A stretch of DNA of 64,000 bases from Candidatus Eiseniibacteriota bacterium (GCA_043819135.1 JBDRFG010000130.1:1-64000), one strand, 5' to 3'; counted from the stretch's first letter, positions 37,484-47,640 are shown. The notes: generated by a model not told the origin, from the letters alone. Translations and numbers: made by a program.

Positions 37484-38506
37484 ATGGAGAGCGTCGTCGT
37501 GCTCAGGCTGAGTTCGGTGGGCGACGTTGTGCTGGCCGAGCCCGTTGTCGCCGCTCTTCACGAGGCGTACCCGTCCGCCCGGATCGGGTTCGCGGTCAAG
37601 AGGAGTTTCCGCGACCTCGTCGCGGCGCACCCGGCGATCCGACGCGTTCACGAACTCGACACATCGAGCCGAGGCGGAACGGCGGCGCTCGCACGTGAGC
37701 TGCGAGACGCCGACTACTCGGCCGTCGTCGATCTCCACAGGAACATGAGGACGTCGCGGATCGTCCGCTCGTCCCGGATCCCCGTTCGGTGTTCGTACCG
37801 CAAGCGCGAGGTCGGTGACGCCATTGGTGTCCGGCTTCTCAAGCGCCCGTTTCGCGCTCGCAAGATGCTCGTCCGCCGATATCTGGACTCGCTCGCGCCG
37901 CTCGGGATAGACGCGCCGACCCGGGCGCCCAGGCTCTACGTTGCGGGGTCGGACGTGGAGGCCGGTCGAGAGCGCCTGGAGCGACTGAACGTCGGCGCGG
38001 AGTCGTTCGCGGTCGTCGTGCCGGGCTCTGTGTGGGCGACGAAGCGATGGCCGTCCTCCAACTACGCGAAGCTCGCGGCGCGCCTGTTTTCGGAACTGGG
38101 GCTCAAGGTGGTGCTCCTGGGCTCGTCCGGGGAGCGCGAACTCTGCGACGAGATCGCCCGCAATGCCGGCGGCGGGGTACTGAGCGCGGCGGGCGAAACG
38201 ACGCTGGGAGAGACCGCGGCGGTCATCGCCCGCGCGCGTCTTTTCGTCGGGAACGACAGCGGCCCCACTCACATGGCGATGGCATTGGACGTTCCCTCCG
38301 TGGCGCTCTTCGGCCCGACCGATCCGGGGCAGTTCGACTTCCGGCGACATTCGCTGGTCTACGCCGACCTGGGTTGCAGCGCGTGTTCCTTCTACGGGAG
38401 CGAGCGCTGCCGCCTGGGACACTGGGACTGCATGTTGTCCGTCGCGCCCGAGGACGTTGTGGGCGCGGCCTCCCGGCTTCTCGAGGAGAGGGGAGGCGAC
38501 GCATGA
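37484..38506 (+). CDS. Glycosyltransferase family 9 (ADP-heptose:LPS heptosyltransferase)
   Basis: RLSSVGDVVL, PGSVWATKRWP, GNDSGPTHMA, FGPTD. Confidence 0.9.
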   Translation: MESVVVLRLSSVGDVVLAEPVVAALHEAYPSARIGFAVKRSFRDLVAAHPAIRRVHELDTSSRGGTAALARELRDADYSAVVDLHRNMRTSRIVRSSRIPVRCSYRKREVGDAIGVRLLKRPFRARKMLVRRYLDSLAPLGIDAPTRAPRLYVAGSDVEAGRERLERLNVGAESFAVVVPGSVWATKRWPSSNYAKLAARLFSELGLKVVLLGSSGERELCDEIARNAGGGVLSAAGETTLGETAAVIARARLFVGNDSGPTHMAMALDVPSVALFGPTDPGQFDFRRHSLVYADLGCSACSFYGSERCRLGHWDCMLSVAPEDVVGAASRLLEERGGDA

Positions 38507-39543
38507 GATGCCTGGTGGTTCAGACGGCCTTCCTCGGGGACGTGATTCTGACCGTTCCCCTCTTGGGGCTGCTGGAACGGGACCCGCGTGTCTCCAGGAC
38601 CTTCGTCATTGCGGCGCCGCCGGGCGCGGGTTTTCTGGAGGGGCAGGGAGCCGCGGACCGCGTGATCGCGTATGACAAGCGCGGTCGGGACGCCGGTCAC
38701 GCCGGGATGATGAGGGTCGTCCGCGAACTGAGGGAGCTGTCGATCGATGTTGCGCTCGTCCCTCACAGGTCGTTCAGGAGCGCGTTCGTGCCGCTCGCCG
38801 CGCGCGTGCCACGGCGCATCGGCTTCACCGTCAGCGGCGGCAGGTCGATGCTCACTGAGCGAGTTCCGTACCGGGCCGACGCCCACGAGATCGAGCGCGT
38901 CGCCGCTCTGGCCCGGCCGCTCGGCATCGATCTTCCCGGCGGACGCCTCCCGTTCGAGCTCAAGGTGCCTGACGGCCAGGACGAGGCCCTGGCCGCCACG
39001 CTCTCGGAGCGCGGCGCCGGAGGACGACGCCTCCGCCTGGTGGTGGCCCCCGGCAGCCGGTGGGCGACGAAGAGGTGGCTCCCGTCCAGGTTCGCGCAGG
39101 CCGCCGGCTCACTGGCTGGCGAGCTGTCCGCCGACGTCGCTGTTGTGGGGGCCGAGGAGGAAGCGGACGTGGGCGCCATGGTGTCCGCGGAGGCCGGACC
39201 GTCCGCGGTCGACCTGACCGGAACACTCCCGCTCGGACAGTTGCTCGCGCTCGTGTCCGGCGCCAGTCTCGTTCTGTCCAACGACTCAGCCGTGACGCAC
39301 ATCGCGGCGGGTCTGGGAGTCCCGGTAGTGACGGTGTTCGGTCCGACCGTCCCCGCGCAGGGCTTCGCGCCCTACACCGACCGCGCGCGGATCGTCGAGA
39401 CCGAACTCCCGTGCAGGCCCTGCGGGAGGCACGGGAGCGACCGCTGCCCCGTCGGGACGCTGGGCTGTATGGAGCTTGTCACGGTCGAGGACGTGGTGTC
39501 CGCCGGCCTGGACCTCGTCGGTGAGGAGCGTCCCGGTGCGTAG
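38503..39543 (+). CDS. waaF: Glycosyltransferase family 9 (heptosyltransferase II-like)
   Basis: ATG38503 overlaps the upstream stop; QTAFLGDVIL, PHRSFRS, PGSRWATKRW, SNDSAVTHIA, FGPT, CRPCGRHG. Confidence 0.8.
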   Translation: MRCLVVQTAFLGDVILTVPLLGLLERDPRVSRTFVIAAPPGAGFLEGQGAADRVIAYDKRGRDAGHAGMMRVVRELRELSIDVALVPHRSFRSAFVPLAARVPRRIGFTVSGGRSMLTERVPYRADAHEIERVAALARPLGIDLPGGRLPFELKVPDGQDEALAATLSERGAGGRRLRLVVAPGSRWATKRWLPSRFAQAAGSLAGELSADVAVVGAEEEADVGAMVSAEAGPSAVDLTGTLPLGQLLALVSGASLVLSNDSAVTHIAAGLGVPVVTVFGPTVPAQGFAPYTDRARIVETELPCRPCGRHGSDRCPVGTLGCMELVTVEDVVSAGLDLVGEERPGA

Positions 39544-40651
39544 AGCTCTCATCGTCACCGACTCACTCGTCTGGACCGCGGAAACGGAGTACGCGGTGAC
39601 GGTCGCCGGCGCCGAGTCGGGTATGGGGGCGGGCGTGACGTTCGCGGCGCCCGCGGAGAGCCCCGTGTCCGGTCGCCTCGGAGAGGGTGTCGAATTCCTG
39701 GAGCTCCCCGGCGCCTCGCCGTCGAGTTCCATCGCCGACTTCGTCGCCGACGCGCGGTTCCTGTCGGGGCTGGTCCGGCGGGGCGGGTACGACGTCGTTC
39801 ACTCGTCGAGACCGACGGCACACATTCTGACGACGCTCGCCTGCGGCGGGCGCGTTCCGCTCGTTCACCTTCGGGGCAGCGCCTCCGCGCCGTCGGGCCA
39901 CGCGGCGAACAGGTTACTCTACGGCGCAGCAACCGCGGTCGTCATCGCGTCGTCGTCGCGGGTCAAGAACTGGGTGGAAGAGCGTCTCGGCGTTCCCGCT
40001 GACCGCGTGCACAGGCTCCTGGCGCCGGTCGCCCCCTCGTGGTTCGAACAACCGTCCCGTCCGGGCGACGCGGTCGACAAGCTCGGTCTGCCGCCCGGCG
40101 CTCCGATCGTTCTAAACGTCGCAAGGCTGGCGCCCATCAAGGGTCACGGGGTGCTTCTCGAAGCGATGGCGCGCGTGGTCGCGGCCGGGACCGACGCCGT
40201 TCTCCTGCTGGTCGGAGAGCCATGGTCGGGCCAGCCCGAGGGCCTCAAGAGTCAGGCGCTCCGGCTGGGTATACAGGACCGGGTCTTCTTCGCCGGCAGG
40301 CGCGAGGACGTCAGGGAGCTCGTTGGTGCGTCAGCCGTCTGTGTCACCTCGTCCATCGGGAGCGAGGAGAACTCGCGGGCCGTCGGTGAGTACATGGCGG
40401 CCGCCCGCCCGGTGGTCGCTACCAACGTGGGCGTGATCCCCGAACTCGTCGTCGACGGCGAGACCGGATTCGTCGTTCCGCCGAGCGATCCGGCGCGGAT
40501 GTCCGATGCGATCCTGCGGCTTCTCGAGGACGGCGCGCTCGCCCGGCGCATGGGGGCGGGGGGCAGAGAGGTCGCGAAGAGCCTGCTTTCGCCTGACGCT
40601 TTCGTGCGCGGGCTTGAGGGAGCGCTTCAAAACGCGGGAGCAGGGCGATGA
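39536..40651 (+). CDS. Glycosyltransferase family 4
   Basis: VARLAPIKGH, GRREDV, SEENSRAVGEYMA (EX7E-like), ATNVGVIPELVVDGETG; GTG39536 follows GAGGAG. Confidence 0.88.
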   Translation: MRRALIVTDSLVWTAETEYAVTVAGAESGMGAGVTFAAPAESPVSGRLGEGVEFLELPGASPSSSIADFVADARFLSGLVRRGGYDVVHSSRPTAHILTTLACGGRVPLVHLRGSASAPSGHAANRLLYGAATAVVIASSSRVKNWVEERLGVPADRVHRLLAPVAPSWFEQPSRPGDAVDKLGLPPGAPIVLNVARLAPIKGHGVLLEAMARVVAAGTDAVLLLVGEPWSGQPEGLKSQALRLGIQDRVFFAGRREDVRELVGASAVCVTSSIGSEENSRAVGEYMAAARPVVATNVGVIPELVVDGETGFVVPPSDPARMSDAILRLLEDGALARRMGAGGREVAKSLLSPDAFVRGLEGALQNAGAGR

Positions 40652-41769
40652 GGATACTCTTCGTGAATTCTCTGCGCTCGATGGGCGGCGGTGAGCGGTG
40701 GCTCATCGAGGTCAACTCCGCGCTTGTAGCCCGGGGGCACGAGACGGCGTTCGCCGTCAGGCAGGGCGGTGAACTCGCGCGGCTCCTGCGCGCCGAGGGA
40801 CGGCGCACCCTCGAACTGCCCATGCGCGGCGACGGCGACGTCCTCTCCATGGCGAATCTCTCACGATGGATACGAGAACTGAGGACGGAACTCGTCAGCG
40901 TCAACGTGCAGAGAGCGGTCAGGATCGGGGCGCCGGCGGCACGGGCCGCGGGCGTGCGGGCGGTGGTAGAGCGCCGCGGGCTTCTGTTCCCCCTCAAGCC
41001 CACCGCGCTCAACAGATTCATCTACGGCCGCATGGTCAGCCGCGTCATCGCGAACTGTGATGCGATCCGGCGCGACCTGGTCGGGACCGGCCTCGTTACC
41101 ATCGACCGCGTCACCGTCATCCCGAACGGGATCGACTCCAGGCGCGTCCGGTCCGGCGGGGGAGCCGCCCTGCGCGACGAGCTGGGGCTCGACGCGGCCG
41201 CGCCGGTCGTGGCTGTAATCGGGAGGCTAGGTCCGGACAAGGGCCACCGTGTCGCCATCAAGGCCTTCGCGGAGCTCCTGCGCGTCAGACCCGAGGCGAG
41301 ACTTCTCATTGCCGGGGCGGGTCACCTCGAAGAGGACCTGACGCGGTTCGCGGCGAGTCTCGTACCGAGCGGGGCCGCGATGCTCCTCGGGCACAGGGAC
41401 GACGTTGACGCGGTCCTGGACGCGGCGGATGTGGTTCTGGTCACGAGCTTCCGCGAGGGGATGCCACACGTCGTGCTGGAGGCGATGGCGGCGGGCACTC
41501 CCATCGTCGCCACCGCCGTTGCCGGTATTCCAGAGATGATCGAGGACGGGAAGGAGGGCATTCTCATTCCCGTGGGGTCACACACGGCCGCGGCGAAGGC
41601 GGTCGGGAGCATTCTCGCCGACGCCGCCCGTGCCGGTGAGCTTGCCGGGGCGGCGCGGCGACGCGTCGAGACAGACTTCGGACTCGAGACGATGGTGGAT
41701 CGCGTGGAGCGCTGCTTCGAACGCGAGATAGAGACCGGCGGCAGGCCCGGGGGAGCGTCAGTGGCATGA
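40648..41769 (+). CDS. Glycosyltransferase family 4
   Basis: GGGERW, IPNGID, GRLGPDKGH, EGMPHVVLEAMA. Confidence 0.92.
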   Translation: MRILFVNSLRSMGGGERWLIEVNSALVARGHETAFAVRQGGELARLLRAEGRRTLELPMRGDGDVLSMANLSRWIRELRTELVSVNVQRAVRIGAPAARAAGVRAVVERRGLLFPLKPTALNRFIYGRMVSRVIANCDAIRRDLVGTGLVTIDRVTVIPNGIDSRRVRSGGGAALRDELGLDAAAPVVAVIGRLGPDKGHRVAIKAFAELLRVRPEARLLIAGAGHLEEDLTRFAASLVPSGAAMLLGHRDDVDAVLDAADVVLVTSFREGMPHVVLEAMAAGTPIVATAVAGIPEMIEDGKEGILIPVGSHTAAAKAVGSILADAARAGELAGAARRRVETDFGLETMVDRVERCFEREIETGGRPGGASVA

Positions 41770-42815
41770 GAGAGAGGCGGTTCGATCCCACGTCCGTACG
41801 GTCGATCCTGGTCATCCGGCTCTACTTCATCGGTGACGTGCTGCTGAGCACGCCGGTGCTGGACGCGCTCAAGAGAGCGTTCCCGGACGCGTCACTGGCC
41901 GTGCTCGTGAAGTCACGCGCGGTGGACGTGCTCAGGAACAACCCGAACGTCGACGAGGTGATCGAGTACGACGCGGTGCCCGGATACCACAACCCGGTCT
42001 GGCTGGGTCGCCTGGCGCGGAGGCTGCGTCGGGCACGCTTCGACCTGGCGGTCGACCTCACGGGTGACCTTCGCAGCTCGTGGCTTCTTCTCGCCGCCGA
42101 CCCTGGCTTTCGCGTCGGTTTCAATCACGCCGGGTTCGGATTCCTGCTCGACCGGAGTATCCCGTACCGGGCGAGCGGGCACGGCGTCGACCACCTGCTC
42201 AGTGCGGTCGCGCCGGTCGGGGCCGAGACGGACGACGCCTCGCCGAGGCTCTACCTGACCGATGGTGAAATGCGGGAGGCCGAGCGTCTGCTCGAGGGTC
42301 ACGGACTGGGACGCGACCATCCGTTCGTCGGCCTCGCCCCGGGCGCTAACCGGCCGTACCGGCGTTGGGGAGCCGAGCGGTTCGGCGCGCTCGCGTGTGC
42401 GCTTCGGGACCGGTTGGGCCTGGTGAGCGTGGTCACGGGCTCGCGCTCGGACGCAGGCCTGGCGGAACACGTGGTCTCGCACTCGGACGGCGCCGCGGTG
42501 AGCCTGGCCGGCGAGACCGACATAAGAGGACTGGCCGGCGTCGCGGCGAGGTCTGCCGTCTTCGTTGCCAACGACAGCGGGCCGATGCACGTGGCCGCCT
42601 CGCAGGGGACGCCGGTGGTGGGGCTGTTCGGATCGAGCACGCCGGAGATATACGCGCCTCGCGGCGGACCATCGCGCGTGGTCTGGCACAGGTACCCGTG
42701 CAGTCCGTGTGACCAGAAGACCTGCGTTCGCGAGGACGGCCCGTGCATGAAAGCGATAGAGGTTTCGGAGGTTCTCGACGCGGTGGAATCGCTTCTCTCG
42801 GAGGGTAACCGGTGA
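41766..42815 (+). CDS. Glycosyltransferase family 9 (heptosyltransferase)
   Basis: IRLYFIGDVLLSTP, NNPNVDEV, ANDSGPMHVA, CSPC. Confidence 0.9.
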   Translation: MRERRFDPTSVRSILVIRLYFIGDVLLSTPVLDALKRAFPDASLAVLVKSRAVDVLRNNPNVDEVIEYDAVPGYHNPVWLGRLARRLRRARFDLAVDLTGDLRSSWLLLAADPGFRVGFNHAGFGFLLDRSIPYRASGHGVDHLLSAVAPVGAETDDASPRLYLTDGEMREAERLLEGHGLGRDHPFVGLAPGANRPYRRWGAERFGALACALRDRLGLVSVVTGSRSDAGLAEHVVSHSDGAAVSLAGETDIRGLAGVAARSAVFVANDSGPMHVAASQGTPVVGLFGSSTPEIYAPRGGPSRVVWHRYPCSPCDQKTCVREDGPCMKAIEVSEVLDAVESLLSEGNR

Positions 42816-44023
42816 CGGACGGAACCGGAAGGACGCCGGACATCGTCTGCGTGTCGACCAACCACTGGACCGGGCTGCCGACCAGCAAGCAGCACCTGAC
42901 CTGGGTGTTCTCGCGCACGGGGCGCGTTCTGTACGTGGACCCGCCTATCGACGTCTTCTCGACCTTCGGCCGGTTCAGACGCTGGCCGAAGCTCAGGGGT
43001 CTGAGGAACGTCCGCGAGCACGCGTGGGTGCTGTCGCCGCTCGTTCTCGCGAGCAGCTCAAGTCCGATGTCGCGTCTTGCGTTCCATCGGCGCGCCGCAT
43101 CCCGGGTGCGGGCCGTGTGCGACCGCTTGGGGTTCGAACGGCCTGTCCTCTGGACCTTCACTCCGGAGCATCGACCGTACGCCGGAGCCCTGGGCGAGTC
43201 GCTGGTCGTGTACCACGTGGCCGACGACCTTCCCGCGATGAGTCGGGACCCCGGGGCGATGGCGGAGCTGGAGAGGGCCCACGTGAAGGTGGCAGACGTC
43301 CTCTTCGTCGTATCCGAGGCGCTGCTCGACAAGGTGCGCCACACCGGGAAGGCCCATCGTCTGCCTAACGCCGCCGACGCGAGGCACTTCCGCCGCGTGC
43401 TCGCCGGCGACGAGGATGCATCGATGGAATCGTTCACGGAGGCCGTCACCCGCCCATCACGAGTGCCACCCGAGTTCGAGGGCGCCCGCCGCCCGATCCT
43501 TCTCTATGGAGGGGCGACCTATCAGTGGTTCGACACCGAGCTCTTCCTGGAGCTTGCCGGCAGACGGCCCGACTGGACGTTTGCGCTCGTCGGTCCGACG
43601 AAGGGCCGGCTTTCGCGGGGTGGACTGCCGCACAACGTCCTGCCGGTCGGCAGAAGGAGCTACGATGAATTCCCGTGGTACGTCGCCAACGCGGACGTCG
43701 CGATAATGCCGTGGCGGGACGACGACATCACCCGCAACGCGGATCCGATCGGTCTCTACGAGTATCTGCTCTGCGGGAAGCCGGTGGTGGCCAGCCCCTT
43801 CCCGGCGGCGCTCGAGCGGGGAGGGCTCGTTCGCACGGCGACCACGGCGGCCGGGTTCGCCGATGCGGTCGTCGACGCCCTGGACGAGGACGGCGCCTCC
43901 GAAGAGGCGCTGGCTCGCATGCGTTTCGGATTCGAGAACACGTGGGAGAAGAGAGCGCAGGAGGCGCTCGACCACATTGCCGCGGTCCTGGCGAAACGAC
44001 GCCGTGAGGGAGGGAGCGGCTGA
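42812..44023 (+). CDS. GT-B glycosyltransferase (TuaH-like)
   Basis: W...PTSKQHL, YHVADD, LPNAAD, WFDTEL, ADVAIMP, DPIGLYEYLLCGKPVV. Confidence 0.82.
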   Translation: MTDGTGRTPDIVCVSTNHWTGLPTSKQHLTWVFSRTGRVLYVDPPIDVFSTFGRFRRWPKLRGLRNVREHAWVLSPLVLASSSSPMSRLAFHRRAASRVRAVCDRLGFERPVLWTFTPEHRPYAGALGESLVVYHVADDLPAMSRDPGAMAELERAHVKVADVLFVVSEALLDKVRHTGKAHRLPNAADARHFRRVLAGDEDASMESFTEAVTRPSRVPPEFEGARRPILLYGGATYQWFDTELFLELAGRRPDWTFALVGPTKGRLSRGGLPHNVLPVGRRSYDEFPWYVANADVAIMPWRDDDITRNADPIGLYEYLLCGKPVVASPFPAALERGGLVRTATTAAGFADAVVDALDEDGASEEALARMRFGFENTWEKRAQEALDHIAAVLAKRRREGGSG

Positions 44024-45234
44024 TGGCTCTTGAGCCGATGCGAGAGGACAGGAAGGGCGTCGGCGTGCTCGACGGCATGCAGTCGTTCGGGCTCGCCGTG
44101 CTTCTGTTCGGGCTGCCCTTCTCCGAGGCGATGAAGAGCATCGGTCTGGCGATCGCCGTAGTCGGTTTCCTGGGCAAACTGGCTCTCGGCGCGCGACCGC
44201 GCCTGGGCCCGAGGGGGACCCTTCTGGCGCTGCTGGCGTTCTACGCCGCCTGCGCGCTGTCGGTCGCCGCGGCCGAACCGGAGCTCAGGAGGCCACACGA
44301 ACTTTTCACTCTCGCAATGACGATCGTGCCCTTCATTCTGGTGGCCGACGCGTGCGCCAGGCCGTCACGGAAGCTCTTCTTCGCGCTCACCATCGTGGCC
44401 GGAGCCACGCTTGCCGCACTGCTCGCCTACGTGGACCACATGACCGGCTCGTATCAAAGGACGGTCCTTGGATCGGTGGAGAACGCCATACCGGCGGCCG
44501 AGTACCTCGGGGCCGTGGTCCCGCTTGCCGTGGCGTTGCTGCTCGAGGAGATGGGCGCTCCGCTTGCCGGGCCTCTCCTCGGACTGGCCGTCGGGAGTCT
44601 CGGGATCGTCTTCATAATGACCAAGTCGCGAGGCCCGCTGCCCGCGGCGATCACAGGTTTCGCAATGGCGATAGGGATGTCTCTCAGACGCTGGCGCCAC
44701 GGTCTCATCGCCGCGGCCGCGTGCTGCTCGGCGTTCTTGATTTTCGTCGTGGCCAATCCGGGCTCGAGAGCCGCCAGCGCGATGACACCGGGAAGGCGGG
44801 ACTCGGAGAGCCGGCTCGTGACGTGGCGGATGACGGCGGACCTGATAGCGGAGCGTCCCCTGCTGGGGCACGGGCTGGGAAGCTACCCCGACCTCGACGT
44901 CGTATACGTCGACGAGAGGGTGACGATACACCAGCTGAACGCCCACAGCGCCTGGTTGCAGGTGACCTGCGACAGCGGCGCACTCGGCGCTGGCAGCCTC
45001 GTCGTTTTTCTGGTATTGGCTCTTGGGGGTCCTGTAAGGACGTCCCGTCGTTCCCGAGGACTCGACAGGGCGGTCTCGGTCGGCGCGCTCGGGGGCGTGG
45101 TCTCCATTCTGCTGGCGGGGCTCTTCTCGGTGTCCACCGACGCCGAACCCGGCATCCTGCTGTTCACGCTGGCGGCGCTGGGAAGCGCCTCGGGAGTGGC
45201 CGGGCGGCCCGAGAGAGGACGGGCAGAACCATGA
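44023..45234 (+). CDS. waaL: O-antigen ligase family protein
   Basis: Multi-TM protein with TKSRG, R...W....I.ERPLLGHGLG and NAHSAWLQ Wzy_C signature, inside the LPS-core cluster. Confidence 0.75.
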   Translation: MALEPMREDRKGVGVLDGMQSFGLAVLLFGLPFSEAMKSIGLAIAVVGFLGKLALGARPRLGPRGTLLALLAFYAACALSVAAAEPELRRPHELFTLAMTIVPFILVADACARPSRKLFFALTIVAGATLAALLAYVDHMTGSYQRTVLGSVENAIPAAEYLGAVVPLAVALLLEEMGAPLAGPLLGLAVGSLGIVFIMTKSRGPLPAAITGFAMAIGMSLRRWRHGLIAAAACCSAFLIFVVANPGSRAASAMTPGRRDSESRLVTWRMTADLIAERPLLGHGLGSYPDLDVVYVDERVTIHQLNAHSAWLQVTCDSGALGAGSLVVFLVLALGGPVRTSRRSRGLDRAVSVGALGGVVSILLAGLFSVSTDAEPGILLFTLAALGSASGVAGRPERGRAEP

Positions 45235-45833
45235 CCGCGGGCCGAGCGGCGACGTTTCTGGACAGAGACGGGACCATAACCGTCGAGAACAGCTACATAA
45301 CCCGCCCGGAGGACATCCGGCTGGTCGACGGGGCCTCGGCGGCGATCCGCGAACTCAACGCGGCCGGAGTCCTCGCGGTGATAATAAGCAACCAGTCGGG
45401 GGTCGCCCGGGGTCTGATGAGCGAGGAGGACGTGGCGGCCGTTCACGCCGCCACCGAGTCGCTGCTCGCGGCCGAGGGGGCGACGCTCGACGGAGCCTAC
45501 TACTGCCCGAACCATTTCGACGGGAAGGTGCTGCGATACACTCAAGACGCGTCCTGTCGCAAGCCGGCCCTCGGCATGCTGGAGCTGGCGATCCGCGATC
45601 TGGGCATCGACCTGTCGAGGTCCACCGTGGTCGGCGATCAGATGACGGATGTGGAGTTCGCCAACAGAGCGGGCATTCCCGCTGTGCTCGTGACGACGGG
45701 CAAGGGGGCCGAGCATTTCGAATCGGCGAGCGAACGCGGCCTCCGTGTGACGGCGCATGTGCCCGACATCGCCGCCGCGGTGCGCTGGATCCTCGACGGG
45801 AGGCACGGATGGGAACCGGAGAACGAACGGTGA
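45231..45833 (+). CDS. gmhB: D,D-heptose 1,7-bisphosphate phosphatase (HAD IIIA)
   Basis: FLDRDGTI, SNQSGVARG, YYCP.H...CRKP..GM, VGD..TD; ATG45231 overlaps the upstream stop (the track ORF from 44352 is over-extended). Confidence 0.92.
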   Translation: MTAGRAATFLDRDGTITVENSYITRPEDIRLVDGASAAIRELNAAGVLAVIISNQSGVARGLMSEEDVAAVHAATESLLAAEGATLDGAYYCPNHFDGKVLRYTQDASCRKPALGMLELAIRDLGIDLSRSTVVGDQMTDVEFANRAGIPAVLVTTGKGAEHFESASERGLRVTAHVPDIAAAVRWILDGRHGWEPENER

Positions 45834-46651
45834 GGCTCGGGACATCTCCGAGGACGGTTGCGCTCGTCGCCGCGGTGGCTATCGCCGCCGCCCTCGCGGC
45901 CCAGGTCCTGGCCGTCGATGCGGGAGCGGACGTCGGACGCGTCGCGCTCGGTCCGTCAGGCGAGATCTCGGCGCCGCCCTTCGGTGTCGGAGAGAAACTG
46001 ACGTTCGAGATCAAGTACGGGTTCGTCAGCGCCGGGACGGCGATCATGGGCATACCGAGGACGGTCATGGAGCGCGGCCACGAGTGCTATCACATCGTCT
46101 CTCTGGCGGAGTCGAACCCGTTCTTCTCAGTGTTCTTCACCGTGAGAGACGTCGCCGAGTCCTTTATGGATGTCAGAGAGCTGATCCCGCGCCGGTTCGA
46201 GAAGCGACTTCGCGAGGGAGACTTCCGAGCGCACGACATGGTGCTTTTCGACCACGAGCGGCACGTCGCTCTCTACCCGAGCAAGGGCGACCGGCTCGTC
46301 CCGATATCCGCCAACACGCAGGACATCCTCTCCTCGCTCTACTACGTGCGAATGATGGAACTGGAGGTCGGACGGTCGGTCTTCATCGACAACCACGCCG
46401 ACAAGAAAAACTACCCGCTCGAGATCAAGGTGCTCCGGCGGGAACGGATCAACGTGCCGGCCGGCCAGTTCGACTGTATTGTTGTGGAGCCGGTCATGCG
46501 CGGAGCCGGTCTTTTCAGTCAGAAGGGGAAGCTGACTGTGTGGCTCACGGACAACGAGGTGCACATACCCGTTCTCATGAAGACCAAGGTCATGATAGGT
46601 TCTATCTCGGCCGTACTGACGGACGTCGACTACGCCGACGTCGCTTCTTGA
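45830..46651 (+). CDS. DUF3108-like secreted beta-rich protein
   Basis: Signal peptide, FGVGEKLTFEIKYGFVSAG, DILSSLYYVR, VPAGQFDC, VWLTDNEVHIPV; GTG overlaps the gmhB stop. Confidence 0.7.
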   Translation: MRLGTSPRTVALVAAVAIAAALAAQVLAVDAGADVGRVALGPSGEISAPPFGVGEKLTFEIKYGFVSAGTAIMGIPRTVMERGHECYHIVSLAESNPFFSVFFTVRDVAESFMDVRELIPRRFEKRLREGDFRAHDMVLFDHERHVALYPSKGDRLVPISANTQDILSSLYYVRMMELEVGRSVFIDNHADKKNYPLEIKVLRRERINVPAGQFDCIVVEPVMRGAGLFSQKGKLTVWLTDNEVHIPVLMKTKVMIGSISAVLTDVDYADVAS

Positions 46652-46671
46652 CGCAGCATACAGGAGGAACA

Positions 46672-47622
46672 ATGCCCTCGCGCCACAGAGAAGTTGACCT
46701 GTCGCGGCTTCGCCGCGTGTCGATCGCCGAGAGAGGGGGCCTGATCGACGTCGGCAGCTTCGTGACCCCCGACGAACGCGCCCCGGATGTGGCCGGCCTC
46801 CTGGACGTCGTGCCCGATCTCTTCGCGGGAGCGGATTTTCGGCGCGCGGTAGGCGCGCTGGCGCGAGCGGCGAGCGAGGGGCGAACGGTGCTGGTGATGT
46901 TCGGCGCGCACGTGGTGAAGTGCGGTCTCTCGCGACTTCTGATCGACCTGATGAAGAGAGGCGTCGTGACCGCCGTCGCCACGAACGGCGCCGGGGCGAT
47001 ACACGACTTCGAGATCGCGATGTGGGGCAAGACATCCGAGGACGTCGCCGGGCACCTGGAGGACGGGACGTTCGGCATGTGCAGTGACACGGCGGACGCG
47101 ATGAATCAGTGCGCGTGCCGGGGCGCGGGCGAAGGCGAGGGACTGGGGGAGAGCCTGGGACGCGAACTCGCCGGGCGGCCGGCGGCCAACCTGGACGCGA
47201 GCATCGTCGGGAGCGCGTACGAACTCGAGATCCCCGCGACGATCCATGTCGCGCTGGGGACCGACATCGTGCACGAGCACGCCTCGGCCGACGGCGCGGC
47301 CATAGGCGATACGAGTCTGCGCGATTTCAGGATCCTCGCGGAGGTGGTCTCGAATCTCGAGGGTGGCGTGGTGATGAATATCGGCTCAGCAGTCATTCTG
47401 CCTGAGGTCTTCCTCAAGGCTCTCGCGGTCGCAAGGAATCTCGGGGGCGCCGCCGGAGCCTTCACGGCCATAGGCCTGGACATGAACGAACCCTACAGGG
47501 CCACGTTGAACGTCATCGGCCGGCCCACAGCCGAACATGGTATGGGTATTGCACTTAGGGGGCGCCACGAGATCCTCCTACCGCTGCTCTGGGCGGCCGT
47601 TCGGGCGGAACTCGGCACGTGA
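46672..47622 (+). CDS. Conserved hypothetical protein with deoxyhypusine-synthase-like (DHS-like NAD-binding) fold
   Basis: AGGAGG RBS then ATG46672; GAHVVKCG..LIDLM.RG.VTAVATNGAGAIHDFEIA, SIVGSAYELEIPATIHVALGTD, NIGSAVILPEVFLKAL. Confidence 0.65.
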   Translation: MPSRHREVDLSRLRRVSIAERGGLIDVGSFVTPDERAPDVAGLLDVVPDLFAGADFRRAVGALARAASEGRTVLVMFGAHVVKCGLSRLLIDLMKRGVVTAVATNGAGAIHDFEIAMWGKTSEDVAGHLEDGTFGMCSDTADAMNQCACRGAGEGEGLGESLGRELAGRPAANLDASIVGSAYELEIPATIHVALGTDIVHEHASADGAAIGDTSLRDFRILAEVVSNLEGGVVMNIGSAVILPEVFLKALAVARNLGGAAGAFTAIGLDMNEPYRATLNVIGRPTAEHGMGIALRGRHEILLPLLWAAVRAELGT

Positions 47623-47640
47623 GGCCGTCGGCGATAGCGG

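Noticed and set aside
44352..47622. Apparent long proteins 44352..45833 (493 aa) and 45757..47622 (621 aa)
   Set aside because: Their N-terminal parts overlap waaL and DUF3108 in other frames; real starts are ATG45231 and ATG46672. The same applies to 38032 (real start 38503), 59043 (59310) and 29128 (29251).
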